Source: an uncultured Planctomycetaceae bacterium (GTDB lineage Bacteria; Planctomycetota; Planctomycetia; Pirellulales; Thermoguttaceae). From it: 49,399 nucleotides of DNA. The DNA lies in NCBI GenBank assembly GCA_964547995.1, contig CAZJRB010000045.1, positions 1-49,399 on the forward strand, given 5' to 3'. Under the pieces are notes generated by a model. That model was not told the origin of the DNA. It did no database searches and saw nothing but the letters and a program-made list of their open reading frames with translations. The position numbers and the translations under genes were made by a program. This document shows, piece by piece, positions 8,767 through 15,943 of the stretch; the first letter of the stretch is position 1, and every line of letters begins with the position of its first letter.

Positions 8767-8841
8767 TGCGGTGGGGCCTGTGCTGGAACGGGCTGGCGGC
8801 TCTGAACCGTCGTGACGCAGGTTCGATTCCTGCCGCCGCAG
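8767..8841 (+). tRNA. tRNA-Gln(CTG)
   Basis: U1:A72 acceptor tgcggtg/cgccgca, anticodon arm ggcgg-CTCTGAA-ccgtc, T-arm gcagg-TTCGATT-cctgc. Confidence 0.6.
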
Positions 8842-8850
8842 CTAGCAGAC

Positions 8851-8935
8851 GGAAGTCATCCGGCTGGATGAGGAGCCTGTCCCGAAAACAGGTGGTGGCG
8901 TTGCCCACTTGCGAGTTCGAGTCTCGCGGCTTCCG
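8851..8935 (+). tRNA. tRNA-Ser(CGA), class II, C33
   Basis: Acceptor ggaagtc/ggcttcc, anticodon arm cctgt-CCCGAAA-acagg, variable hairpin gtgg-cgttgc-ccac, T-arm gcgag-TTCGAGT-ctcgc, G73. Confidence 0.5.
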
Positions 8936-8946
8936 CTTTGATCCAC

Positions 8947-9017
8947 ACGTCCCTGGTGTAATGGCAGCATGACTGGTTCCAACCCAGTTGGTCAGGGTTC
9001 AAGTCCTTGGGGGCGTG
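8947..9017 (+). tRNA. tRNA-Trp(CCA)
   Basis: A1:U72 acceptor acgtccc/ggggcgt, anticodon arm actgg-TTCCAAC-ccagt, T-arm caggg-TTCAAGT-ccttg, G73. Confidence 0.6.
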
Positions 9018-9030
9018 CTTTGCGACAAAC

Positions 9031-9102
9031 GGTCCCGTGGTCCAACGGCGACGACGCTTGGGTCACATCCAGGAAACGATGGTTCGACTCCATCCGGGAT
9101 CA
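9031..9102 (+). tRNA. tRNA-Val(CAC)
   Basis: Acceptor ggtcccg/cgggatc, anticodon arm cttgg-GTCACAT-ccagg, T-arm gatgg-TTCGACT-ccatc. Confidence 0.55.
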
Positions 9103-9116
9103 CTGCGAAACGAGAA

Positions 9117-9187
9117 GGTCTGTAGGTGTTCCGGCAGCACACCTCCGTGGTAAGGAGGGAGACCGGGTTCGATTCCCGGACGGACCT
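9117..9187 (+). tRNA. tRNA-Thr(GGT)
   Basis: Acceptor ggtctgt/acggacc, anticodon arm cctcc-GTGGTAA-ggagg, T-arm ccggg-TTCGATT-cccgg. Confidence 0.6.
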
Positions 9188-9197
9188 CTTGAGAAAT

Positions 9198-9269
9198 GGG
9201 CCTGCATGCCGCTGGCGGCGACTGACCCTTGCAAGGTCGGTGTGATGGGTTCGACTCCCATCAGGTCCA
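9198..9269 (+). tRNA. tRNA-Ala(TGC) with G3:U70
   Basis: Acceptor gggcctg/caggtcc, anticodon arm tgacc-CTTGCAA-ggtcg, T-arm atggg-TTCGACT-cccat, A73. Confidence 0.55.
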
Positions 9270-9281
9270 CTCAACAAGACC

Positions 9282-9352
9282 GGGCCGCTGGTCCAACGGG
9301 AAGACGCCTGGCCCGCATCCAGGCAATCGGGGTTCAATTCCCCGGCGGTCCA
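9282..9352 (+). tRNA. tRNA-Ala(CGC) with G3:U70, C33
   Basis: Acceptor gggccgc/gcggtcc, anticodon arm cctgg-CCCGCAT-ccagg, T-arm cgggg-TTCAATT-ccccg, A73. Confidence 0.5.
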
Positions 9353-9363
9353 CTCGATTTGGC

Positions 9364-9434
9364 GGGCTCATGGTCCAACGGGAAGACACCAGTTCGGCAG
9401 ACTGGAAATCCGGGGTCAATTCCCGGTGGCTCCT
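9364..9434 (+). tRNA. tRNA-Ala(GGC)-like (G3:U70; atypical GTCAATT T-loop, 4:69 mismatch, C33)
   Basis: Anticodon arm ccagt-TCGGCAG-actgg, T-arm ccggg-GTCAATT-cccgg. Backbone paralogous to 9282..9352. Confidence 0.4.
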
Positions 9435-9441
9435 CTGAAAT

Positions 9442-9527
9442 GGAAGGTAGCCGGATACGGTTCGCCGGGCCGGTTTGCTAAACCGTGCGACCTGCGGGTC
9501 ATGTGGGTTCAAATCCCATGCCTTCCG
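9442..9527 (+). tRNA. tRNA-Ser(GCT), class II
   Basis: Acceptor ggaaggt/gccttcc, anticodon loop TTGCTAA, variable hairpin gacc-tgcg-ggtc, T-arm gtggg-TTCAAAT-cccat, G73. Confidence 0.5.
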
Positions 9528-9532
9528 CTTAT

Positions 9533-9604
9533 GGCTCGATGGTGAAACGGACATCATCCCTCGCTTCGAACGAGGTGTTCCGGGTTCGAGTCCTGGTCGG
9601 GCTA
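9533..9604 (+). tRNA. tRNA-Arg(TCG)
   Basis: Acceptor ggctcga/tcgggct, anticodon arm cctcg-CTTCGAA-cgagg, T-arm ccggg-TTCGAGT-cctgg. Confidence 0.6.
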
Positions 9605-9606
9605 CT

Positions 9607-9726
9607 TGTTGAGTTGAGAGTCGAGAGCGGAGAGTCGAGAGTAGGAAATCGGCGTGGGGACCGCCAGCTCCCAGCTCTCGACTCTGGACTCTCAACTCTC
9701 AACTCTGGACTCTCAACTCTCGACCC
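9607..9726. repeat. ~120-bp imperfect palindrome built from 7-mer microsatellite units (GAGAGTY on the left arm, ACTCTSR on the right arm) between tRNA-Arg and tRNA-His
   Basis: Left arm gttgagttgagagtcgagagcggagagtcgagagt. Right arm ctcgactctggactctcaactctcaactctggactctcaactctcgac is its approximate reverse complement, so the two form a long hairpin. Confidence 0.6.
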
Positions 9727-9729
9727 TAT

Positions 9730-9804
9730 GGTGTCCGTGGTGTAGCGGTTGCTGCACGCCTGGCTGTGAACCAGGAGGTAAGGGTTCGACTCCCTTCGGA
9801 TACC
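9730..9804 (+). tRNA. tRNA-His(GTG) with encoded G-1
   Basis: G-1 then gtgtccg/cggatac, anticodon arm cctgg-CTGTGAA-ccagg, T-arm aaggg-TTCGACT-ccctt, C73. Confidence 0.65.
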
Positions 9805-9810
9805 CTTGAT

Positions 9811-9884
9811 GCCGACGTAGCTCGACTTAGCAAGGCGCCGGTCTTGTAAACCGGATGATGCTGGTGCAAATCCAGTCGTCGGCT
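9811..9884 (+). tRNA. tRNA-Thr(TGT) (T-loop TGCAAAT)
   Basis: Perfect acceptor gccgacg/cgtcggc, anticodon arm ccggt-CTTGTAA-accgg. Confidence 0.55.
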
Positions 9885-9970
9885 CCTTTTGAGTGCTTGG
9901 AGCTTCAAATGAGGTTCCGGGAGCGAACCAAGATCAGGTGCCTTGCATCGTTACATAGTAAGAGTGAGAG

Positions 9971-10043
9971 GTCCCGATGGTGTAATGGATCGCACAAGAC
10001 CCTCCTAAGGTCTTGGTCCTGGTTCGACTCCAGGTCGGGACAC
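9971..10043 (+). tRNA. tRNA-Arg(CCT)
   Basis: Acceptor gtcccga/tcgggac, anticodon arm agacc-CTCCTAA-ggtct, T-arm cctgg-TTCGACT-ccagg. Confidence 0.6.
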
Positions 10044-10052
10044 CTTGAAATT

Positions 10053-10124
10053 GGCCCGTGGGTGTGCCGGACAGCATGTCAGCTTCCGAAGCTGTTGGAC
10101 CAGGTTCGACTCCTGGACGGGCTA
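10053..10124 (+). tRNA. tRNA-Arg(CCG)
   Basis: Acceptor ggcccgt/acgggct, anticodon stem cagc/gctg with loop TTCCGAA, T-arm ccagg-TTCGACT-cctgg. Confidence 0.55.
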
Positions 10125-10137
10125 CTGGACAAAGACG

Positions 10138-10208
10138 GCCTGCGAGTGTGACGGATGGCACGGCAGATTTCGGATCTGCAAGACGGGGTTCGATTCCTCG
10201 GCGGGCTA
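10138..10208 (+). tRNA. tRNA-Arg(TCG), second copy
   Basis: Acceptor ggcctgc/gcgggct, anticodon arm gcaga-TTTCGGA-tctgc, T-arm cgggg-TTCGATT-cctcg. Confidence 0.5.
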
Positions 10209-10216
10209 CTAAATAC

Positions 10217-10290
10217 GTTCTCGGAGTGTGCCGGATTTCGCACGCGACCCTGCGAAGGTCGAGGACCAGGTTCGATTCCTGGCGAGGACA
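10217..10290 (+). tRNA. tRNA-Arg(GCG)
   Basis: Acceptor gttctcg/cgaggac, anticodon arm cgacc-CTGCGAA-ggtcg, T-arm ccagg-TTCGATT-cctgg. Shares the gtgtgNcgga D-arm backbone with the three preceding Arg tRNAs. Confidence 0.55.
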
Positions 10291-10379
10291 CTTACTTGCA
10301 GTAGGGCGACATGACGGCACAAGTCGAGTACAATACGACTGTGCTATCTCCGTAAGAACTCTCACCGCCAGGTGCAACA

Positions 10380-11192
10380 ATGACGAAGCACGAACCCCAC
10401 GTTCCAGCAAACGAAGTGGACCACCATGTGTTTTCGCTCCTGCAACTGGTGATTCGGAAGTCAAGTGACTGTAGCGCAAAGGATGAGGCATCGCGCGCGC
10501 TGCTCTACTTTTTGGTGCGTGTGGCCAACACGTGGTGCTCAATCAGAACGCTTCGACAGCACAGCCCTAGTGAGCAGGTATTCATGGTTGACGCGGGTAC
10601 GCTACTTCGGGCGATGTACGATGCGTGTTTTCAGGCCGAATACGTAGCCCACGATCCTGCTTGCATCAATGCGCGAGCGAACGACTACCTGGAATACGAG
10701 CATGTCGAACGATACAGGATTTCGAGGAAAGTCCTCGGCCACAATACGCAGCTTGCCAACAGATTGAAGTCGTCGGCCAAGCGGCCGGAGGGCGAAAAGA
10801 GGGTCCAGAGTGAATACGAACGAGTGAAAGACAAATACTTTCTGGAGAAGCGGCAGTCCGACAGAACCGTGAAACGCGGTCCCCGAACCCGGAGCACGTG
10901 GTACAAAGGCGATTTGTCAGCGCTTGCAGATAGCCTCGGTAAACGAGCAGAATACGATACGTTCGTTGCAGTGTTTAACGGGTGCGTTCACTCAAGTGCT
11001 CTTGCAGCCCAGACGGGGCCCGTGGTGTCGCCGCAACATGTGCTCACCCTGGCGTCGAAGATCGCTGCTCGGGTGGCCCGGCTAAATGCACGGCACAATC
11101 ACATCGACATGGGGGACTTCTACGGTCCGATTATGGACGCTCTATGCAAGAATTTTCTGGTCAGTGTCGCTGAAGGAGGGACCGGTGCGTGA
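10380..11192 (+). CDS. hypothetical protein (270 aa, predicted all-alpha) embedded in the tRNA array; lower GC than surroundings
   Basis: Uninterrupted ORF with tRNA genes on both sides. I did not recognise a conserved domain from the translation. Confidence 0.5.
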   Translation: MTKHEPHVPANEVDHHVFSLLQLVIRKSSDCSAKDEASRALLYFLVRVANTWCSIRTLRQHSPSEQVFMVDAGTLLRAMYDACFQAEYVAHDPACINARANDYLEYEHVERYRISRKVLGHNTQLANRLKSSAKRPEGEKRVQSEYERVKDKYFLEKRQSDRTVKRGPRTRSTWYKGDLSALADSLGKRAEYDTFVAVFNGCVHSSALAAQTGPVVSPQHVLTLASKIAARVARLNARHNHIDMGDFYGPIMDALCKNFLVSVAEGGTGA

Positions 11193-11226
11193 GTCTCAAG
11201 ACCGACACGCTTCAGGAGCAATACAT

Positions 11227-11298
11227 GACGCTGGAGCCAGACGGCACGGCAACCGGCTGCAACCCGGTCTTTAGTGGGTTCGACTCCCACCGGCGTCT
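11227..11298 (+). tRNA. tRNA-Cys(GCA)
   Basis: Acceptor gacgctg/cggcgtc, anticodon arm accgg-CTGCAAC-ccggt, T-arm gtggg-TTCGACT-cccac. Confidence 0.6.
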
Positions 11299-11402
11299 CT
11301 TTCGTGTGCGGTTGATCCGTCTTTTCCAGCGGCGCACTGGCCGTGAGCCCTCGTTTGGCAGTTGGCTTTGTGTGTCCCGTGAATGGTTTCGACAAAAGGC
11401 GG

Positions 11403-11475
11403 TTTAGGGTTAGCTCAGTTGGCAGAGCACCAGACCGTTAATCTGGCTGTCACGGGTTCGATTCCCGTACCACCG
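11403..11475 (+). tRNA. tRNA-Asn(GTT)-like with non-complementary acceptor ends (last ~4 nt of the 3' strand replaced); possible pseudogene or att-site remnant
   Basis: Canonical TA-gctc-AGTTGGCA-gagc D-arm, anticodon arm ccaga-CCGTTAA-tctgg, T-arm acggg-TTCGATT-cccgt. The 5' strand ttagggt pairs with 3' accaccg only at positions 5-7. Confidence 0.4.
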
Positions 11476-11934
11476 ACCACAGGTTGAAAACCTGTTGAAC
11501 CAGCGGGCGCGAAAACGTCCGCCAACAAGCCCGAGGGAGGCGGGCGTTCGATCGGTCAGCAGCCGGTCGGGACCATGTCGTCGCGGCGGAAGATTTTTGC
11601 AGACCGGTGATTGCACCGGAAAGCGGAATGAACCCGTCAGGTGATTGGCGTGTCTCACCGGCAGCAGCACAAACCAGTGCCATGCAGTGCGTGGATACCG
11701 CTTCGGGCGGCCCCCGGCAAGCGGCAGCGGATGTGCGGCAACTTGGGACGGAACTTTACGGTTCCCACCCCAACGAGTTGCACGGAAACTGCCGGCGAAC
11801 CGAGGGCCAAAGGAAACTCAAGCAGCACTCCGCACTCGGGCGTGTGACCGGCGTTCGTTCCGTCGCCCGAAGGCGTTTTTCGCACATAAAGCCGCGACCA
11901 GCCGCTTGCGGCTTCGCACGAAAGGGGGAGAAGC

Positions 11935-13041
11935 ATGTTCCCGTTCAAGAGAATCAAGATCCGAAGCTACGAGATCGGCCTGTACTTCCGCGACCGCGAG
12001 TTCCGGGGCCTGCTCGGCGAAGGTCGGCACTGGCTGTTCGATCCGCTGTGCAAGGTCCGTGTTGAAATCGTTTCGCAGCGCGACCCGTGGCTGGTCCACG
12101 ATAAGCTTGACTTGATCGTCAAGTCGGGTGCGCTGAAGGACCGCGCCGTCGTGCTCGATCTGAAGGACCACCAGCGCGGCCTGGTCCGGGTCGAAGGCCG
12201 CTTCAGCCACGTCCTGCCGCCGGGCCTGTACGCCTACTGGACCGGCCAGAAGGACGTCGAGGTGGAAGTGGTCGACGCCCGGAAGGTCCGTTTCGAGCAC
12301 GATCAGCTCCCGGTCATTGTGCGCTCGCAGATGGCCAACCGCGTGTTGGACGTCTGCCGGGTCGAGCGGGACCGCATCGGCGTTCTCTTCCAGGATGGCG
12401 AGTACGTCGACACGCTGGCGCCGGGCCTGTACGCCTTCTGGCGCGACGTGGCTGACGCCAAGGTCGTCGAGGTCGACATGCGCGAGACGATGGTCGACGT
12501 CAGCGGTCAGGAGATCATGACCGCCGACAAGGTGACGTTGCGCATGAACGCGGTGGTGACCTACCGCATCGTCGATGCACGTCAGGCGCTGAGTGCGACG
12601 GACGACGTCCGGCAGGCGCTGTACCGCGAGACACAGTTGGCCCTGCGTGCCGTCGTGGGCGCCCGCGAACTCGACGCCTTCCTGACGGACAAGGATGCTG
12701 TGGCCGGCGACATCGAAGAGTTGGTGCGGCGCCGAGCGGATGAGTTGGGTCTGAAGATCATCTCGGTGGGTATCCGCGATGTGATCCTGCCGGGCGACAT
12801 GAAGGACCTGATGAACAAGGTCACGGAGGCGAAGAAGGCAGCCGAGGCCAACCTGATCGCCCGACGCGAGGAAACGGCGGCGATGCGCAGCCAGGCCAAC
12901 ACGGCCAAGCTGCTTGAAGACAGCCCGACGCTCATGCGGCTCCGGGAACTGGAGGTCTTGGAGAAGATCGCCACGGCGGGCGACTTGAAGATCGTCTTGG
13001 GCGAGAAGGGCCTGGCCGAGCGGGTTGTGAACCTGCTGTGA
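11935..13041 (+). CDS. SPFH/band-7 (stomatin/prohibitin-like) domain protein
   Basis: C-terminal half has the SPFH signature (VTLRMNAVVTYRIVD...GIRDVILPGDM...KKAAEANLIARREE). Confidence 0.7.
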   Translation: MFPFKRIKIRSYEIGLYFRDREFRGLLGEGRHWLFDPLCKVRVEIVSQRDPWLVHDKLDLIVKSGALKDRAVVLDLKDHQRGLVRVEGRFSHVLPPGLYAYWTGQKDVEVEVVDARKVRFEHDQLPVIVRSQMANRVLDVCRVERDRIGVLFQDGEYVDTLAPGLYAFWRDVADAKVVEVDMRETMVDVSGQEIMTADKVTLRMNAVVTYRIVDARQALSATDDVRQALYRETQLALRAVVGARELDAFLTDKDAVAGDIEELVRRRADELGLKIISVGIRDVILPGDMKDLMNKVTEAKKAAEANLIARREETAAMRSQANTAKLLEDSPTLMRLRELEVLEKIATAGDLKIVLGEKGLAERVVNLL

Positions 13042-13156
13042 TCGAATGAAATGCCCTGGGGCCGGGCAATGCTCGGCCCCAGGACTTCGTTCCCAAGTCG
13101 CCCTGGGGGCGTCGAGAGAAGTGAACCACTTCCTGCGAGTCGCGTCTAATATCAAT

Positions 13157-13228
13157 ACCGGGGTGGAGCAGTGGTAGCTCGCAAGGCTCATAACCTTGAG
13201 GTCGTGGGTTCGAATCCCTCTCCCGGCA
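13157..13228 (+). tRNA. tRNA-Met(CAT), initiator-like (1:72 mismatch, TG-GAGC D-arm as in tRNA-fMet)
   Basis: Anticodon arm caagg-CTCATAA-ccttg, T-arm gtggg-TTCGAAT-ccctc, acceptor accgggg/tcccggc with A1xC72. Confidence 0.55.
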
Positions 13229-13274
13229 CTCGGATGGCCCTGTTCTGGAATTCTTCACGGTAAGATTATTCTTC

Positions 13275-14018
13275 TCAGGCAAGCCGCAACTGCACGAGGA
13301 ACTTGCTTACCGCGTCCCGGTCCCGGTCTTCCGGCAGCGTCGATTCCTCGAACGCCCGATCAAGCTGGGCCTCCAGTTCCGCCAGCCGGGTCGCGTGCTC
13401 CCCCCAATCGAGGTCAACCGATGCCTGCTCAGTCGTCTTCTGGGCGATCAGCTCGTCGATGAACCCGAAGCCGAACTCCTCGTTGAGCCGGGGCAGGTTC
13501 GCCTCGACCTCGCCCGTCCACAGCAGGTGGATGCCGGTCATCAAGACTCGGTAGGCGTACAACACTGGCTTCGCCCTCTTGGGCTCCTCCTTCTCGATTA
13601 GCTTGCGCTGCGTGGCATAGAAACCCCGGTAATGGTGATAGTGGTGCCGCGTGATGCACCGGCGGGCCAGCGGTCGCAATTCGTTGAGGAACTCCTGGCC
13701 CATGACGACGATCGGCGAAAAGACCTGCTCCAGGATGTACCCGTTGTTCTTCACTAACAGCCGCAGATACTTGCCCACGTCGTGGCTGACCAACTCGACC
13801 TCGGTACTGTGCAGATCGAACTCAGGCTCGATCGTCTCCCTGGGCATGCTGAGGCCCACGACGTCGCGGAGCGGCAGCTTGTGGCAGCCTCGAAGGTCAA
13901 CATCGCTGTCTGCGGATGGGAAGCCGTAGAGATGGGCGCCGCTGACGGTGACGAACAGCGGGTTGTAGTTGTGCTCCTCCACCAAGCCGCGCAGGCCGTC
14001 CATATCAAGCTCAAGCAT
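13275..14018 (-). CDS. Pol-beta-superfamily nucleotidyltransferase (COG3541/PF10127-like), paralog 1
   Basis: MLELDMDGL... VSGAHLYGFPSADSDVDLRG matches hG[GS]x9-13Dh[DE] NTase motif. Perfect SD (ggagga) upstream of ATG at 14018. Confidence 0.6.
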   Translation of the reverse strand: MLELDMDGLRGLVEEHNYNPLFVTVSGAHLYGFPSADSDVDLRGCHKLPLRDVVGLSMPRETIEPEFDLHSTEVELVSHDVGKYLRLLVKNNGYILEQVFSPIVVMGQEFLNELRPLARRCITRHHYHHYRGFYATQRKLIEKEEPKRAKPVLYAYRVLMTGIHLLWTGEVEANLPRLNEEFGFGFIDELIAQKTTEQASVDLDWGEHATRLAELEAQLDRAFEESTLPEDRDRDAVSKFLVQLRLA

Positions 14019-14091
14019 CGACCATCCTCCTTCGGGCACGGACCAGGAAGTCATCCACACGGTCGAAGTCGGGCTGATCCGGCAGTTCGGT

Positions 14092-14958
14092 CTACTCAAA
14101 GGCTTCCTGGAACTGCTGATCCAACTCCAAGGCCCGACGCTTCACTTCCTCGAACGGCAGCTTGCCGTCGCGGATCTCCAACAGCTCATCACGGTGCTCG
14201 CCCACATCGACACGGATCTCACCCGTCTCCAAGGCGGCGATCCCCGAATGGAGCAACCGGATCAGGTGCATGGCGTGCTTCGCCTTGAACGTGCCCTTGC
14301 TCTTCTGGGCATTTGCCATCCGCCGGAACTGGCTCAGGACGTATCCGGAGTAGGTCTTGTAGACGTGCTTGGACAGGAAGGCGTGTCGCATCGCACGCAG
14401 TTCCTCCGCCGTCTCGTCGGCCTTCAGCACCAGCGGGGTCCAGAGCGTCTCCAGCACGCTGGGATTGGCCTTCAGGGCAAGCCGGAGGAACTTCTCCAAC
14501 TCCCAGTAGACCTCGTCCTGGTCGTCGTCCTTGTATTCAAGTTGCTCGGGCAGCCGGCGCAGCGACCACTGTAGCCGGGCCGGCGGCAGGAAGATTCCCC
14601 GCAGGTCGTCATCGGAGTCGTCGGTGGCCAGACCGAACGCCTTCGAGCCGACCTGGCACTGGTAGATGATGTAGGGCCGGAGATCCTCGTTGACGTCGCC
14701 TAGCACATCGTCGATTTCACGCCGGCGCAGGGCCAACTCACCGAAATATGCCTTCACCGTGGCGCCGTCCGTGAACCGCACCACGTACGCCTCGTTGTTG
14801 CTTGGCGGGGCCTCGACGACGACGCTGCCGGCAGGTTTGTGCTCCTCGCCGTTGGGCAGGGCTTTGGCGACCTTCACGACGACCTGCGTACCGGGCGAGA
14901 TCACGAAGTCGGGTTGGAGCTTGCGGATGGAGTGCTCGTCGGTGGACATGGCCACCAC
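14092..14958 (-). CDS. Pol-beta-superfamily nucleotidyltransferase, paralog 2, with ~75-aa N-terminal extension
   Basis: GSKAFGLATDDSDDDLRGIF motif. C-terminal H..YK.Y.GY region parallels paralog 1. Confidence 0.55.
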   Translation of the reverse strand: MVAMSTDEHSIRKLQPDFVISPGTQVVVKVAKALPNGEEHKPAGSVVVEAPPSNNEAYVVRFTDGATVKAYFGELALRRREIDDVLGDVNEDLRPYIIYQCQVGSKAFGLATDDSDDDLRGIFLPPARLQWSLRRLPEQLEYKDDDQDEVYWELEKFLRLALKANPSVLETLWTPLVLKADETAEELRAMRHAFLSKHVYKTYSGYVLSQFRRMANAQKSKGTFKAKHAMHLIRLLHSGIAALETGEIRVDVGEHRDELLEIRDGKLPFEEVKRRALELDQQFQEAFE

Positions 14959-15349
14959 CTACAGATTGGATCAGTGAAACGCCCCTTCTACAGACAGCAG
15001 TCTATCAGGGGGAGTTCGCCCTGACGAAAGCCAGACACCTACTATTATGAGGGGAGATAGCAACTCGCAAGAGCCGCCTGCTTTGCCTTTCGGAGGCTCT
15101 GAGGTCCATTCTGTCGCCCACTTCCAGTCAACGGTTGGGTGGGGTTACAGCTTCCCGGCTAGCAAGCGGCATGGACGGTCTTCTATGGCATCTGAGGGCA
15201 TGTCCCATCGGCATCCATTCGTTCGCCCGATTGTGGTCCCAATCGTCGTCAAAAAGGTATCACCAAAGGTATCACCGAGGCCCAAAAACGAGGAAAGGGA
15301 TCACGAATCAATCTTCGTAATCCCTTTTGTATCAATGACTTCTGTTCAG

Positions 15350-15424
15350 TCGGGGCGACTGGATTTGAACCAGCGACCTCTGCGTCCCGAACGCAGCGCT
15401 CTAGCCAGGCTGAGCTACGCCCCG
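15350..15424 (-). tRNA. tRNA-Pro(CGG)
   Basis: On the minus strand: acceptor cggggcg/cgccccg, D-arm TA-gctc-AGCCTGGCTA-gagc, anticodon arm ctgcg-TTCGGGA-cgcag, T-arm gctgg-TTCAAAT-ccagt. Confidence 0.65.
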
Positions 15425-15439
15425 CATGTCGTAAGTTGT

Positions 15440-15597
15440 TTCATGTAAATGACTTGCGTCAGATTGTCCGTCTTGAATTCTGCACGCTTTGCAATTTTGT
15501 TTATTTTTTGGATATTTAAGGTACGGAAGCAAGGCCAACGACCATGTAGATTACCTAATGGCAGTTGGAAGGTAAATAGGAGACGAGCGAGGCGGCC
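15440..15597. other. AT-rich intergenic island (local GC well below the ~62% flanking level)
   Basis: gtaagttgtttcatgtaaatgacttgcg...tttgtttattttttggatatttaaggtac. Confidence 0.5.
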
Positions 15598-15813
15598 ATG
15601 AAACGCATCGTTATTTTCGCGTCGCTGATTTTCATTTCGTGTATGTTGGCCGTCGAACCGGCTCCGGCAGTGGAGCCAGATCAACCGGCAGCCAAGCAGT
15701 TTACCGTTTCCCCGATTGGCCGGGGTCGAGAGGCCGATGGTTGTACTACAATCGTGCTAGACAAGAAATATCCGTCGGGGCTTCTCGGGCTGGATAGGAT
15801 ATCGCACATTTAA
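15598..15813 (+). CDS. small secreted hypothetical protein (signal peptide)
   Basis: aggaga RBS upstream. Hydrophobic N-terminus MKRIVIFASLIFISCMLA. Confidence 0.35.
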   Translation: MKRIVIFASLIFISCMLAVEPAPAVEPDQPAAKQFTVSPIGRGREADGCTTIVLDKKYPSGLLGLDRISHI

Positions 15814-15943
15814 TCGCCACGACCCTGTGCAAAATCGTTTCCGTGAAGGATAATGTGGTCGAGCTTAACGGCCCCCAACGCCACCATACCATGGCGGTTG
15901 AACAGGAAATAAGGATCGGCATCGGCAAAAGCCCCGGCACTGC

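Noticed and set aside
9607-9726. CRISPR array
   Set aside because: The repeats are 7-mer microsatellite units forming a single palindrome. There are no regularly spaced 25-40-bp repeats with unique spacers.
11607-13191. Overlapping ORFs on both strands (11645-12115 +, 11818-13191 -)
   Set aside because: The SPFH gene (11935-13041 +) has clear domain support. The others are high-GC alternative-frame artefacts.
12932-13282. 116-aa minus-strand ORF
   Set aside because: It overlaps the tRNA-Met gene and the SPFH gene end, so it is spurious.
15253-15276. Tandem 12-mer aaaggtatcacc x2 as a separate finding
   Set aside because: Too short to interpret on its own. Mentioned only as context for the NTase islet.
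15047-15448. 133-aa plus-strand ORF
   Set aside because: It overlaps the complement-strand tRNA-Pro(CGG) and an intergenic repeat region. No support.
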